Shown here: positions 54,515-64,000 of the stretch, piece by piece
Position numbering within the stretch: position 1 is the first letter of the stretch
Layout: every line of letters begins with the position of its first letter
Origin: an uncultured cyanobacterium
Lineage (GTDB): Bacteria > Cyanobacteriota > Cyanobacteriia > Cyanobacteriales > Cyanobacteriaceae
Direction of reading: 5' to 3'
Length of the DNA: 64,000 nt
Assembly: GCA_963749915.1 (NCBI GenBank)
Contig: CAVVOP010000025.1
Coordinates: 1-64,000, forward strand
Notes under the pieces: model-generated
What the model saw: only the letters and a program-made list of their open reading frames with translations
Database searches by the model: none
Told to the model about the DNA's origin: nothing
Made by a program: the position numbers and the translations under genes

Positions 54515-55624
54515 TTAATCAAAAACCACTAAATTATCTCGATGAATAACAGTTTCTGCTCCATAATAACCTAAAATATGGGGAATATCTGCAGACTTTT
54601 TTCCTTTAATTTTTGTTAATTCATCATAACTATAATTAACAATTCCTTTGGCGATTTCTTGCCCTTGAAAATCAATTAACTCTACTGCCTCTGATGCGTT
54701 GAATTCCCCCTCAATTTTAGTTATTCCTGCGGCCAATAAAGATTTTCCCCTCAGGCATAAAGCCTTAACAGCGCCATCATCTAAATATATCTTCCCCATG
54801 GCTACTAAACCGTTAGCAATCCATCTTTTGCGGGCGTTTTCTGTTTTCGGCTGTGCCTCAAATTTTGTGCCGATGGCTTCTCCCGCCAAAATTTTATAGA
54901 TATTATCGGGATTTTTGCCGTTAGTTATAATCGTTGTCACCCCCGCACTGGAGGCAATTTTGGCAGCCCTTAATTTGGTGATCATACCACCTGTACCCCA
55001 AACACTGCCACTATTGGTAACATCTACTTGCAAATTGGCAAATTCTTCATTGTTAACTAAATCTATGGGTATCGCAGAAGGTACAACACGAGGATCAGCC
55101 GAATAAAGTTTATCCACATCAGTTAACAAAAATAACCAATCCGCTTCCATTAAACTTGCCACTAAAGCTGATAAAGTATCGTTGTCGCCGAATTTTAATT
55201 CTTCCGTTGCCACTGTATCGTTTTCATTGACGATGGGAATTATACCCAGTTCTAACAAAGCCGTGAAAGTATTACTAGCATTGACATAACAACTCCTTTC
55301 CATTAAATCCCGTCTCGTCAACAAAATTTGAGCAATGGGTTGCCCCAAATTATTAAATAGGTCATCATATACTCGAATCAGTCTTCCTTGGCCTACGGCG
55401 GCTATAGCTTGTTTAAGATTGATATTTCGGGGTCGTTCTGTCAAGTTTAATCTAGCACAACCAACCCCCACCGCACCGGAAGAGACTAAAATTACTTGAT
55501 AACCTTGTTGACGTAAATTACTTAAGGTTTCCACTAGGGAGGCAATGGTGGAAAGTGCTAAATTCCCTGTTTCTGAACGAGTTAAGCTAGATGTCCCAAT
55601 TTTAACAACGATGGTTTCTGTCAT
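54515..55624 (-). CDS. proB: Glutamate 5-kinase
   Basis: [26 protein letters not shown] domain. Confidence 0.96.
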   Translation of the reverse strand: MTETIVVKIGTSSLTRSETGNLALSTIASLVETLSNLRQQGYQVILVSSGAVGVGCARLNLTERPRNINLKQAIAAVGQGRLIRVYDDLFNNLGQPIAQILLTRRDLMERSCYVNASNTFTALLELGIIPIVNENDTVATEELKFGDNDTLSALVASLMEADWLFLLTDVDKLYSADPRVVPSAIPIDLVNNEEFANLQVDVTNSGSVWGTGGMITKLRAAKIASSAGVTTIITNGKNPDNIYKILAGEAIGTKFEAQPKTENARKRWIANGLVAMGKIYLDDGAVKALCLRGKSLLAAGITKIEGEFNASEAVELIDFQGQEIAKGIVNYSYDELTKIKGKKSADIPHILGYYGAETVIHRDNLVVFD

Positions 55625-55774
55625 AAATCAATAAAATTCAGGGAATAGGAAATAGGAAAAAAATTGGCGTGAATTGTTAAAATTTATTACCCAATTTGAC
55701 CAGGAAGGGGGATAATTGTTGACAAACTTACATAAACTTTAGTTTAACTTAATTTTTATTTAAAGCACAATTGA

Positions 55775-56905
55775 ATGCACATCGCTTGGCTAGGAAAAAA
55801 ATCTCCTTTTTGCGGAAATGTAACATACAGCAGAGAAATTACTAACGCTCTGTTAGATAGAGGTTATAAGGTTAGTTTTCTTCATTTTAGCCAAGAGAAT
55901 GATGAATCTGGGCAAGAAAACTATGTTGCCGAAGTTAATCTTCCTTTTCTCTATAAATCTCAAATTTACACTATCCCTTCTCCCAAATCCACTAAAATAC
56001 TACTGCGATCCCTGCAAAAGCTACAACCCGATATAGTCCATGCTTCTTTAACCTTATCCCCCCTCGATTTTCGACTTCCAGAAATTTGTCAACAATTAAA
56101 AATACCCCTTATTGCCACTTTTCATCCCCCTTTTGACAGTCTTTGGCGTAATATCAAATCCAGTACTCAATACTTAACCTATCAACTATATGCTCCTTTT
56201 TTAGCAAAATATAATCAAACTATCGTCTTTTCTGAACTACAAAAGGATTTATTAATCAAATTGGGTGTCCCCGCCGAAAAATTAGCGATTATCCCCAATG
56301 GTGTCGATACGAATAAATACTCCCCCGGTGATTCTTACTTTAAACAGAAATATCCGAAGGATCAAATATATGTTTATCAAGGGCGAGTAGCGGTAGAAAA
56401 AAATGTTGAATCCTTACTAAAAGCATGGAGACACACAGAAATGGGTCAGAGTGCGAAACTGTTAATTATTGGTGATGGTCATTTAACCCCTACCCTTAAA
56501 CCCCTATATAATCAAGAAGATGGTATTATTTGGTTAGGTGCCATCGTCGATGATCAAAAAAGGATCGATATTTTAAGAAGTGCTGATGTTTTTATTTTAC
56601 CCTCTTTAGTAGAGGGATTATCATTATCATTATTAGAGGCAATGGCTTGTGGTTTAGCCTGTGTTGCTACGGATGCTGGTGCTGATGGCGAAGTTTTAGC
56701 CCATGCCGGAATTATCCTTAGTACTCAAGAGGTTACGACCCAACTAAAAACAGTATTACCTCTTTTGGCGCATCACCCAGAAATAACGGCATTACTAGGT
56801 AAAAAAGCACGAAATAGAGTCCTGGAAAAATATACTTTAAGGGATAATGTGACGAGATTAGAGCAACTTTACATTGAATTATGTAGCCAAAAAGTATATT
56901 TTTAA
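55775..56905 (+). CDS. Glycosyltransferase family 4, probably digalactosyldiacylglycerol synthase (DgdA-like)
   Basis: EGLSLSLLEAMACG GT4 motif; N-terminus MHIAWLGKKSPFCGNVTY recalled as DgdA/Ycf82-like, not verified. Confidence 0.75.
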   Translation: MHIAWLGKKSPFCGNVTYSREITNALLDRGYKVSFLHFSQENDESGQENYVAEVNLPFLYKSQIYTIPSPKSTKILLRSLQKLQPDIVHASLTLSPLDFRLPEICQQLKIPLIATFHPPFDSLWRNIKSSTQYLTYQLYAPFLAKYNQTIVFSELQKDLLIKLGVPAEKLAIIPNGVDTNKYSPGDSYFKQKYPKDQIYVYQGRVAVEKNVESLLKAWRHTEMGQSAKLLIIGDGHLTPTLKPLYNQEDGIIWLGAIVDDQKRIDILRSADVFILPSLVEGLSLSLLEAMACGLACVATDAGADGEVLAHAGIILSTQEVTTQLKTVLPLLAHHPEITALLGKKARNRVLEKYTLRDNVTRLEQLYIELCSQKVYF

Positions 56906-57223
56906 AATGTAGATAATGGTCGTTAATTGCTAATTGGTAAAATTATTAATAAACTTTTAACTAGGTTTTTCGTTTTTATTTCTATTTGTAGCCAATCTAA
57001 TTCTCCCTTATCATCCAGCAAATTTTTATCGGTTGTTACTGGTTCAATTTGATCTTTTTCATAACTGTCAAAACATATTTGAAAACAAAGTTCCCAGATA
57101 CTATATTTGCTTAAATAATTATCTTTTTTTAAACACAGGATATAACCCGGAAAAGGTTCGGTAATTTCTTCATAACTCACATCCCATTCTAGTAATTCTG
57201 ATTCTTGGCGAATATTATCTATC
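56754..57223. repeat. 470-bp direct repeat, copy 1 (copy 2 at 59440..59909)
   Basis: Matches copy 2 except one C/T difference noticed (GTCCTGG versus GTCTTGG); holds the GT4 3' end and the 3' part of the convergent gene. Confidence 0.95.
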
Positions 57224-58762
57224 GTAACCGTTCACACCCCCCCATTTGTCGAAGCCCTCTTTTTTCATAAATGGGAGTTTTGTTCGCGAGATAAAATCGC
57301 GAACTTTACCCAGAATGATGATCTGTGTGATCACCCCCTCAGATTTTTAAGTTCTCTTTCATTGGCAGAGAACTTTGTCCAATTACTCTACTGATCAACC
57401 AGTGGGTATTGGTGGAGGAGAAAGACCTTTTCTTGCCCTCGCAATTACTTCACAGATATATGACCATGGATTTACACTTCTCAAACGGCAAGTTTCAATC
57501 ACACTCAACAAGCAACTGTAAGCCAAACTCCCTTCGTTGGTTCTAGTGCCATAACTGATTCTTCGTCCAATTACTGCATGACGTAAAGCTCTTTCGGCTT
57601 CATTGTTGGTTGGTGGTAATTCTGGATTATTAACAAATGCAATCACCGCATCCCAATCATTGAGAATTTCTTTGGCCAAGGCTTTGAGCTTGTCATGAGG
57701 TTTTTGGGAACCTAAAAAACAACTTGCTTCTAGCACCATCAAATTATTTGAAATCGTTTTTGATGATTTATCCTCTCCCTTGGCATACGATAACTTAAAT
57801 AACCATCTGTGACTAACCATCCCACAAAGGCTTCTGTCACTAAATGTAATAATTCTTCTTTCCGGCGAGAACCAATGTGATACACTGCTGTCTTCCCTGA
57901 AATAGCTACCCATAACCATTGAAGAGCTCCTTGAACTTCCCAATGAGTCTCATCTAGATGTAAAACTTCTACCTTTTGTATTTCTTCAATTAATTTTTCT
58001 ACCACTGGACTACAGGCTATTCCTGCTTCGCGAATACATCTGTCGATGGTTCCCACACTCAATTCTGTCTCCGTCCATTCCCACAAAAATTCTTTAATTT
58101 TGACTCTACTCATTCGGTAACGTACACTTAAACTAGCAATGAAAGTTGCCAACATCGGACCTACCAACACATATTCTTTTAATTTTAAGTCCATTGAGCG
58201 ACCATCAATGGTTGAGATATAACCGACCCCCGGACTTGCTTTGGTCTTATGTCCACATTCACAAGTTAACTCATAATAATGGTGTAGCTGACAAACAACT
58301 TTTAATCCCGATTTTAGAGCTTTTAATTCCAGAATATGATACCCCATATACGGTTTATCATTTTCAATTGTTAACGAATGATTACAACTAGAACAATAGT
58401 CGGGATAATGGGGGATAATTTCTTCTGTAACCAGTGGTTTGGTTCGCCAAAATCCTTGTGCCCCTGGTTGTTTTCCCGGTCTTCTTTTTTTTAGAGAATC
58501 GTTAATCGGTTTTTTTCCCAGATCGGCTGAAGTTTGATTTTCGAGTTGCCCTGCTTCTTCTCCTTCTGAATCTTCTGGTTGATTATTTAATTCTGAGGGT
58601 ACATCCACTTCTTCTTTCTTCTTTTTTTCGTCTGATAGGGATTATCAGTAGAAGGTGGACGAGAACTATTACTTGAGGAAAGTTCTAATTTTTCGCACTG
58701 TTCTATGGCTAGTTGATGTAAATTGGTAGCAACTTCTACTAACCTCTGTTTTTCCAGAGATT
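57224..58762 (-). mobile_element. IS66-family element remnant
   Basis: End GTAACCGTTCAC at 57224; NSSRPPSTD, LHLDETHW, LVTDGY, PTNNEAERALR; internal deletion near 57790; 5' end replaced. Confidence 0.88.
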
Positions 58763-59441
58763 AATCTTAAACCGAACCTTTTTCTTCTATTTCGATAACG
58801 TTCTGACAAGATTTTAAATATTTTTAGCTTTCTATTTACGTGTTCTATTACAATTCTCTGTTTATTTATTTCTCTATTCTTGGCTTTTTCTTCAGCCGTT
58901 AGTTTTTTATTTTTTGTCTTCTTTTTGGGGATATCAGTTAATTTATGTATTTTCTGTATTCCTTGATAACCTTTATCTACTAAACATTTTATTTTTTGAC
59001 TTAATGGCAATTTACTTTTCTTAAATATTTTAAAATCGTGTTCTTTTCCTAGTCCATTTACATAACAAATTATTTCCAAACTTGTTTGATTTACAACTAA
59101 TTGTGATTTTAAAGTATGTTGTTTCTTTTTGCCACTATAGTATCTTTTTTGACCTTTTACCGGTCTCTCTATTGGACTTTCTGTTACATCAATCAGAATG
59201 ACTTTAATCCCACTTTCAAGTTTCATTTTTATGAACAATTCGACAAACAGTTGATTCGGAAATATTCCAATCTTCAGATATATGAAAATAAGTTCTATAC
59301 TCTCTTAAACTTTTTTGGTGGTAATTTTTCTATTTTTTTAAATTTCATAAGCAAATCTTATACTTTTCTAGTAAGCGATCGCTTACATTAACAAATTTTG
59401 ACACTTAATTTTAACTGATATTCAATTTTGCAAGAGGTCTA
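58763..59441 (-). mobile_element. IS5-family element remnant
   Basis: IDVTESPIERP...YSGKKKQHTLK...DKGYQGI...RIVIEHVNRKLKIFKILSERYRNRRKRFGLR; end TAGACCTCTTGCA on the minus strand at ~59429-59441. Confidence 0.88.
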
Positions 59442-59909
59442 TTACCTCTTTTGGCGCATCACCCAGAAATAACGGCATTACTAGGTAAAAAAGCACGAAA
59501 TAGAGTCTTGGAAAAATATACTTTAAGGGATAATGTGACGAGATTAGAGCAACTTTACATTGAATTATGTAGCCAAAAAGTATATTTTTAAAATGTAGAT
59601 AATGGTCGTTAATTGCTAATTGGTAAAATTATTAATAAACTTTTAACTAGGTTTTTCGTTTTTATTTCTATTTGTAGCCAATCTAATTCTCCCTTATCAT
59701 CCAGCAAATTTTTATCGGTTGTTACTGGTTCAATTTGATCTTTTTCATAACTGTCAAAACATATTTGAAAACAAAGTTCCCAGATACTATATTTGCTTAA
59801 ATAATTATCTTTTTTTAAACACAGGATATAACCCGGAAAAGGTTCGGTAATTTCTTCATAACTCACATCCCATTCTAGTAATTCTGATTCTTGGCGAATA
59901 TTATCTATC
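59440..59909. repeat. 470-bp direct repeat, copy 2
   Basis: Matches 56754..57223. Confidence 0.95.
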
Positions 59910-59983
59910 AGTCTTATATAAATTGGTTGTAACAATAATTGAGTTTTTTCATATTCTAATATGTTTTTAAATTTTGGTCGCAT
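59609..59983 (-). CDS. Cyanobacterial hypothetical protein (intact copy)
   Basis: LLLQPIYIRLIDNIR...WELCFQICF; 5'-truncated duplicate at 56923..57223. Confidence 0.8.
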   Translation of the reverse strand: MRPKFKNILEYEKTQLLLQPIYIRLIDNIRQESELLEWDVSYEEITEPFPGYILCLKKDNYLSKYSIWELCFQICFDSYEKDQIEPVTTDKNLLDDKGELDWLQIEIKTKNLVKSLLIILPISN

Positions 59984-60005
59984 TATCTTTTATTAAAATA
60001 TTATT

Positions 60006-60305
60006 TCAAGTCAGTTTTGGACGCACAATTTTATAAATAAGTTTAGTGATAACTATAATTTTTTGAATATTTTTGATTTTTGTTTTCAAATTAACATAAT
60101 CACTTCTAAATTTTTTAATTTCTAAACCAGTAAGTAAAATTACTAAAGGTATTTCTTTTAAAATTAAAAGTAAATTATCATTCAATTCTAATAATGTCTC
60201 ATTAAAATTCAATAAATAATTTCTCAATTGTGTCAATTTCCAGATTAAGTAAAAATTAATAACTACAATTACTAAATTTAAAAACACAATAATTTTAACT
60301 GACAT
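60006..60305 (-). CDS. Hypothetical membrane-anchored protein
   Basis: Co-oriented ORF between two genes with a hydrophobic N-terminus. Confidence 0.55.
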   Translation of the reverse strand: MSVKIIVFLNLVIVVINFYLIWKLTQLRNYLLNFNETLLELNDNLLLILKEIPLVILLTGLEIKKFRSDYVNLKTKIKNIQKIIVITKLIYKIVRPKLT

Positions 60306-60340
60306 TAGACTTTTAAATTTACAGTTACAAAAAAAATATT

Positions 60341-60595
60341 TTACTTGTATTTGAGTTTAAAAAACAATATTGTCCCAGCTAAAATTAAAGTGATTAAATT
60401 ACTAATAATAATAGGTGTATCTTTTTGCAAAATTCCATAAATTAACCACAGGAAAACACCTATACAAAAACTTAAAAACATCGCTAGGGAAATATCTTTT
60501 GCCGATTTAGATCGCCATGTTTTAATTACCTGTGGGAAAAAAGAGATAGTAGTTAAAGTACCAGCCATCAAACCAATAATTGTTACAGAAGTCAT
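60341..60595 (-). CDS. SemiSWEET family transporter
   Basis: AGTLTTISFFPQVIKTWRSKSAKDIS PQ-loop. Confidence 0.9.
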   Translation of the reverse strand: MTSVTIIGLMAGTLTTISFFPQVIKTWRSKSAKDISLAMFLSFCIGVFLWLIYGILQKDTPIIISNLITLILAGTILFFKLKYK

Positions 60596-60672
60596 AATTT
60601 AGCAGTTCGGAGTGTAAGGACAAGTAATAAATATTCGTTATTGTTTTTCTCAATTATTCATGGTCAATTGTC

Positions 60673-60698
60673 AAAAAACCTCCTAAAAAAATAGGAGG
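60673..60698 (-). terminator. Rho-independent terminator of tkt
   Basis: CCTCCTA/TAGGAGG stem followed by U6 on the minus strand. Confidence 0.7.
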
Positions 60699-60734
60699 CT
60701 AACAAAATTTTATTGATTATTTATGACCGTGAAA

Positions 60735-62741
60735 TTAGCCTAAAATGGCTTTAGCTTTAGCCACAACGTTATCAACGGTAAAACCAAATTTTTCCATGAC
60801 AACACCACCGGGGGAGGAAGCACCAAAAGTGTCAACACCGATACTTACGCCTTCATCGCCAACATATTTCGCCCAACCCATGGTGACACCAGCTTCAACG
60901 GAAACACGTTTTTTCACCGCCTTAGGTAATACAGATTCTTTATATTCTTCACTTTGTTTTTCAAATAACTCTAAACAAGGCATAGAAACAACACGGACTT
61001 TTTTGCCTTCAGCCCGTAATTTGACGGCAGCATCTTCACATAAACCAACTTCGCTACCTGTACCTATTAAGATAATATCAGGAGTTTCTTTGCCACCAGA
61101 TAATACATAACCACCTTTGGCAACGGCATCAATGGAGGAACCTGCTAGGTTTGGTAAGTTTTGACGGGTTAAGGCCATAACAGAAGAGTGTTTCTTGGTG
61201 TTGATCGCTACTTTATAAGCCCCAGAGGTTTCATTCCCGTCAGCAGGACGGAATACCATCAAATCGGGGATTAATCGTAAGGAAGCGACGTGTTCAACGG
61301 GTTGGTGAGTAGGACCATCTTCACCTAAGGCGATGGAATCATGAGTCATTACCCAAATTACATGTGCTTCAGAAAGGGCTGAAAGACGGATGGAATTTCT
61401 CATGTAATCAGTGAACACTAGGAAAGTCGCACCGTAAGGAATTAAGCCCGTATTATGGAGAGAAATACCGTTGCAAATTGCCCCCATGGCGTGTTCTCTG
61501 ACCCCAAAATGGACGTTACGATTTTCGTACGCACCTTTTTGAAAATCGCCAGAAACGCTGATTTGAGTCAAGTTAGAGTGGGTTAAATCCGCAGATCCAC
61601 CAATTAACTGAGGTAATACTTTGGCGATGGCATTTAAGCAAATTTCAGAATGTTTACGACTAGCAAGAGCCTTATCTTCAGGGGTGTAGGAAGGTAGACA
61701 ATCTGCCCAATTTTTGGGTAATTTACCAGAAGTGATAGTTTCAAATTCAGCTCCTTCGGTAGGATACTTAGTTTTATAAGTAGCGAAGGTTTGATTCCAT
61801 TCTGCTTCTAAACTGGCACCTTTTTCTATGGCTTTACGGAAATGAGTGTAAGCGTCTTCAGGTACAACAAAAGGATCGTAGTTCCAGCCCAAATTTTCAC
61901 GGGTGGCTTTAACTTCATCACCGCCTAAGGCCGCACCATGTACTCCTGCTGTATTAGCTTTTTTCGGGGAACCATAACCGATGGTGGTGGTAACTTTGAT
62001 CATGGTAGGTTTATCAGTAACGGATTTAGCTGTAGCAATGGCTTTGGCGATTTCATCTAAATCAGTGTTCCCATTTTTTACGTGAAGAACGTGCCAACCA
62101 TAAGCCTCGAAACGCTTAGAAACATCCTCGGTGAAAGCTATGTCCGTAGAACCATCAATGGAAATGTGGTTATCATCATATAAAGCGATGAGTTTACCTA
62201 AACCCCAATGTCCTGCCAAAGAAGCCGCTTCACCAGAAATTCCTTCCATATTACAACCATCCCCGAGAATAACATAGGTGTAATGATCGATTAAAGTACA
62301 ATCGGGCTTGTTATATTTAGCCGCTAAATGAGCTTCTGCTAAAGCTAAACCAACACCATTAGCGATACCTTGTCCCAAGGGGCCAGTGGTTACTTCTATC
62401 CCGGCAGTAATATGATTTTCAGGGTGTCCAGGAGTCTTAGAACCCCATTGACGGAATTGTTTAATATCATCAATACTTACACTCTCGTAACCATACAAGT
62501 GTAATAACGAATATAGGAGCATAGAACCATGACCGGCAGAAAGTACAAAGCGATCGCGGTTAATCCATTGGGGATTTTTGGGGTTAAACTTCATAAATTG
62601 ATCCCAAAGCACAAAAGCCATAGGTGCGGCACCCATAGGTAGGCCAGGGTGTCCAGACTTTGCTTTTTCTACCCCATCAATAGAGAGGAAACGAATTGTA
62701 TTAACGCAGAGTTCTTGAATAGACTGGGTTGCAACCACCAT
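60735..62741 (-). CDS. tkt: Transketolase
   Basis: [33 protein letters not shown]. Confidence 0.98.
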   Translation of the reverse strand: MVVATQSIQELCVNTIRFLSIDGVEKAKSGHPGLPMGAAPMAFVLWDQFMKFNPKNPQWINRDRFVLSAGHGSMLLYSLLHLYGYESVSIDDIKQFRQWGSKTPGHPENHITAGIEVTTGPLGQGIANGVGLALAEAHLAAKYNKPDCTLIDHYTYVILGDGCNMEGISGEAASLAGHWGLGKLIALYDDNHISIDGSTDIAFTEDVSKRFEAYGWHVLHVKNGNTDLDEIAKAIATAKSVTDKPTMIKVTTTIGYGSPKKANTAGVHGAALGGDEVKATRENLGWNYDPFVVPEDAYTHFRKAIEKGASLEAEWNQTFATYKTKYPTEGAEFETITSGKLPKNWADCLPSYTPEDKALASRKHSEICLNAIAKVLPQLIGGSADLTHSNLTQISVSGDFQKGAYENRNVHFGVREHAMGAICNGISLHNTGLIPYGATFLVFTDYMRNSIRLSALSEAHVIWVMTHDSIALGEDGPTHQPVEHVASLRLIPDLMVFRPADGNETSGAYKVAINTKKHSSVMALTRQNLPNLAGSSIDAVAKGGYVLSGGKETPDIILIGTGSEVGLCEDAAVKLRAEGKKVRVVSMPCLELFEKQSEEYKESVLPKAVKKRVSVEAGVTMGWAKYVGDEGVSIGVDTFGASSPGGVVMEKFGFTVDNVVAKAKAILG

Positions 62742-63004
62742 AATTAATTTTAAATTTAACTAGATATACATATTTAATTGAGTTAGCCTATATCTTCTCA
62801 TTGTTTAGGAGACATGGCAAGGGGCTATTTTTAACCTGAACATGACCTACGCACAATAGCTCTAAAACTTTTAATTTCTCGGCCATCAACTTTAGAGTTT
62901 CTTCTACAAGTAACTGTAGTTTAGACTAAATAGAAAAAAAGAGTTAAGATATTTAGTACAACAGAACTAAAATTAGGATTAAATTAGGATATAGGTAAAT
63001 TGCT

Positions 63005-64000
63005 GTGAAAATTGTCTGTTCTCAAATAGATCTCAAGAATAATTTATCATTAGTTAGTCGTGCTGTGCCAACTCGCCCCACTCATCCCATTTTGGCTAAT
63101 GTTTTATTGGTAGCTGATCAGGGCAAAAACCGAGTTACTTTGACGGGGTTTGATTTAAGTTTAGGAATACGCACCAGTTTTTCTGCGGAAGTGGAAGAAG
63201 GGGGTATGATTACTTTACCCTCAAAATTTTTGAATGATATAATCACTCGTTTACCAGAAGGGGAAGTAAGTTTATCCTACGATGAGGAAGAATTGGAAGA
63301 TAATCCTTTAGTGGATATCGATTCCTTATCGGGCAAATTTCAATTAAGGGGAGTTAAAGGGGATGAATTCCCCGAATTGCCCACCATCGAGAAAGAAGAA
63401 GCCTTTTTATTGCCTGTCACTGCTTTAGTAGAGGGGTTGAAAGGCTCATTATTTTCTGCTAGTAGCGATGAAACTAAGCAAGTTTTAACGGGAGTACATC
63501 TCACCCGCGACTTGGATAGTTTGGAATTTGCCGCTACAGACGGCCATCGATTGGCAGTAGTGAAAACCACCGAAGAAAAAGAGGAACAAGATGCTGAAAA
63601 TACTCCCATCAGTGAAGAACAAAATTTTACCATCACTATCCCCGCACGAGCTTTGAGAGAGTTGGAAAAAATCTTATCTTTAGCTAAAGAAAATGAATCT
63701 GTGGCATTGTATGTTGATCAAGGTCAAGTCGTATTTGAACTAGGAGATCAACATTTAACTAGCCGTAAATTAGAAGGTGCTTACCCTAATTATAATCAGT
63801 TAATACCGAAAAATTTTGAACGGACGATGACTGTTGAACGGAAACGAGTTATCGAAAGTTTAGAAAGAGTGTCTGTTTTTGCGGATCAAAAAAATAATTT
63901 AGTTAAATTTAAATTAGATCCTGACAATAATCAAGTCACTTTATCTGTTTCTGCCAAAGAATTAGGTAATGCGGCATGGGCAATTCCCGCGGAAATTACG
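63005..64000 (+). CDS. dnaN: DNA polymerase III beta clamp (runs off window end; not in ORF track)
   Basis: GTG 63005 MKIVCSQIDLKNNLSLVSRAVPTRPTHPILANVLL...ATDGHRL...SRKLEGAYPNY. Confidence 0.95.
   Translation, partial: MKIVCSQIDLKNNLSLVSRAVPTRPTHPILANVLLVADQGKNRVTLTGFDLSLGIRTSFSAEVEEGGMITLPSKFLNDIITRLPEGEVSLSYDEEELEDNPLVDIDSLSGKFQLRGVKGDEFPELPTIEKEEAFLLPVTALVEGLKGSLFSASSDETKQVLTGVHLTRDLDSLEFAATDGHRLAVVKTTEEKEEQDAENTPISEEQNFTITIPARALRELEKILSLAKENESVALYVDQGQVVFELGDQHLTSRKLEGAYPNYNQLIPKNFERTMTVERKRVIESLERVSVFADQKNNLVKFKLDPDNNQVTLSVSAKELGNAAWAIPAEIT

Noticed and set aside
1124..63636. Many short alternative-frame or antisense ORFs in the track (e.g. 1149..1463, 9372..9683, 37584..38057, 60745..61110, 63340..63636)
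   Set aside because: They overlap well-supported genes and show no recognisable motifs.

Overview
AT-rich cyanobacterial chromosome segment with frequent HIP1 (GCGATCGC) sites and heptamer repeats; gene content suggests the Cyanobacterium/Geminocystis group (inference). Intact housekeeping genes (recA, glyS, petJ, argH, sigE, rpsU, purU, hrcA, nirA, hemL, gpsA, proB, tkt, start of dnaN) alternate with decaying accessory regions. Main observations: (1) a 555-bp transposase-less element with terminal inverted repeats and a perfect 10-bp target duplication, whose only cargo is an intact four-helix-bundle (23S rRNA IVS-type) gene inside its own inverted heptamer repeats; a 166-bp cargo-free relative sits in hsdM. 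(2) A broken type I R-M locus containing about 10 toxin-antitoxin modules; modules between hsdM and hsdS are preceded by repeated copies of the hsdM 3' tail, and most toxins are inactivated while antitoxins are mostly intact. (3) A 470-bp direct duplication around an IS66/IS5 chimera that leaves both neighbouring genes intact. (4) A nested IS cluster at 18.5-22.4 kb. The ORF track labels purU (36200..37054) as + strand, but the sequence encodes it on the - strand. All family assignments come from motif recognition, not database searches.
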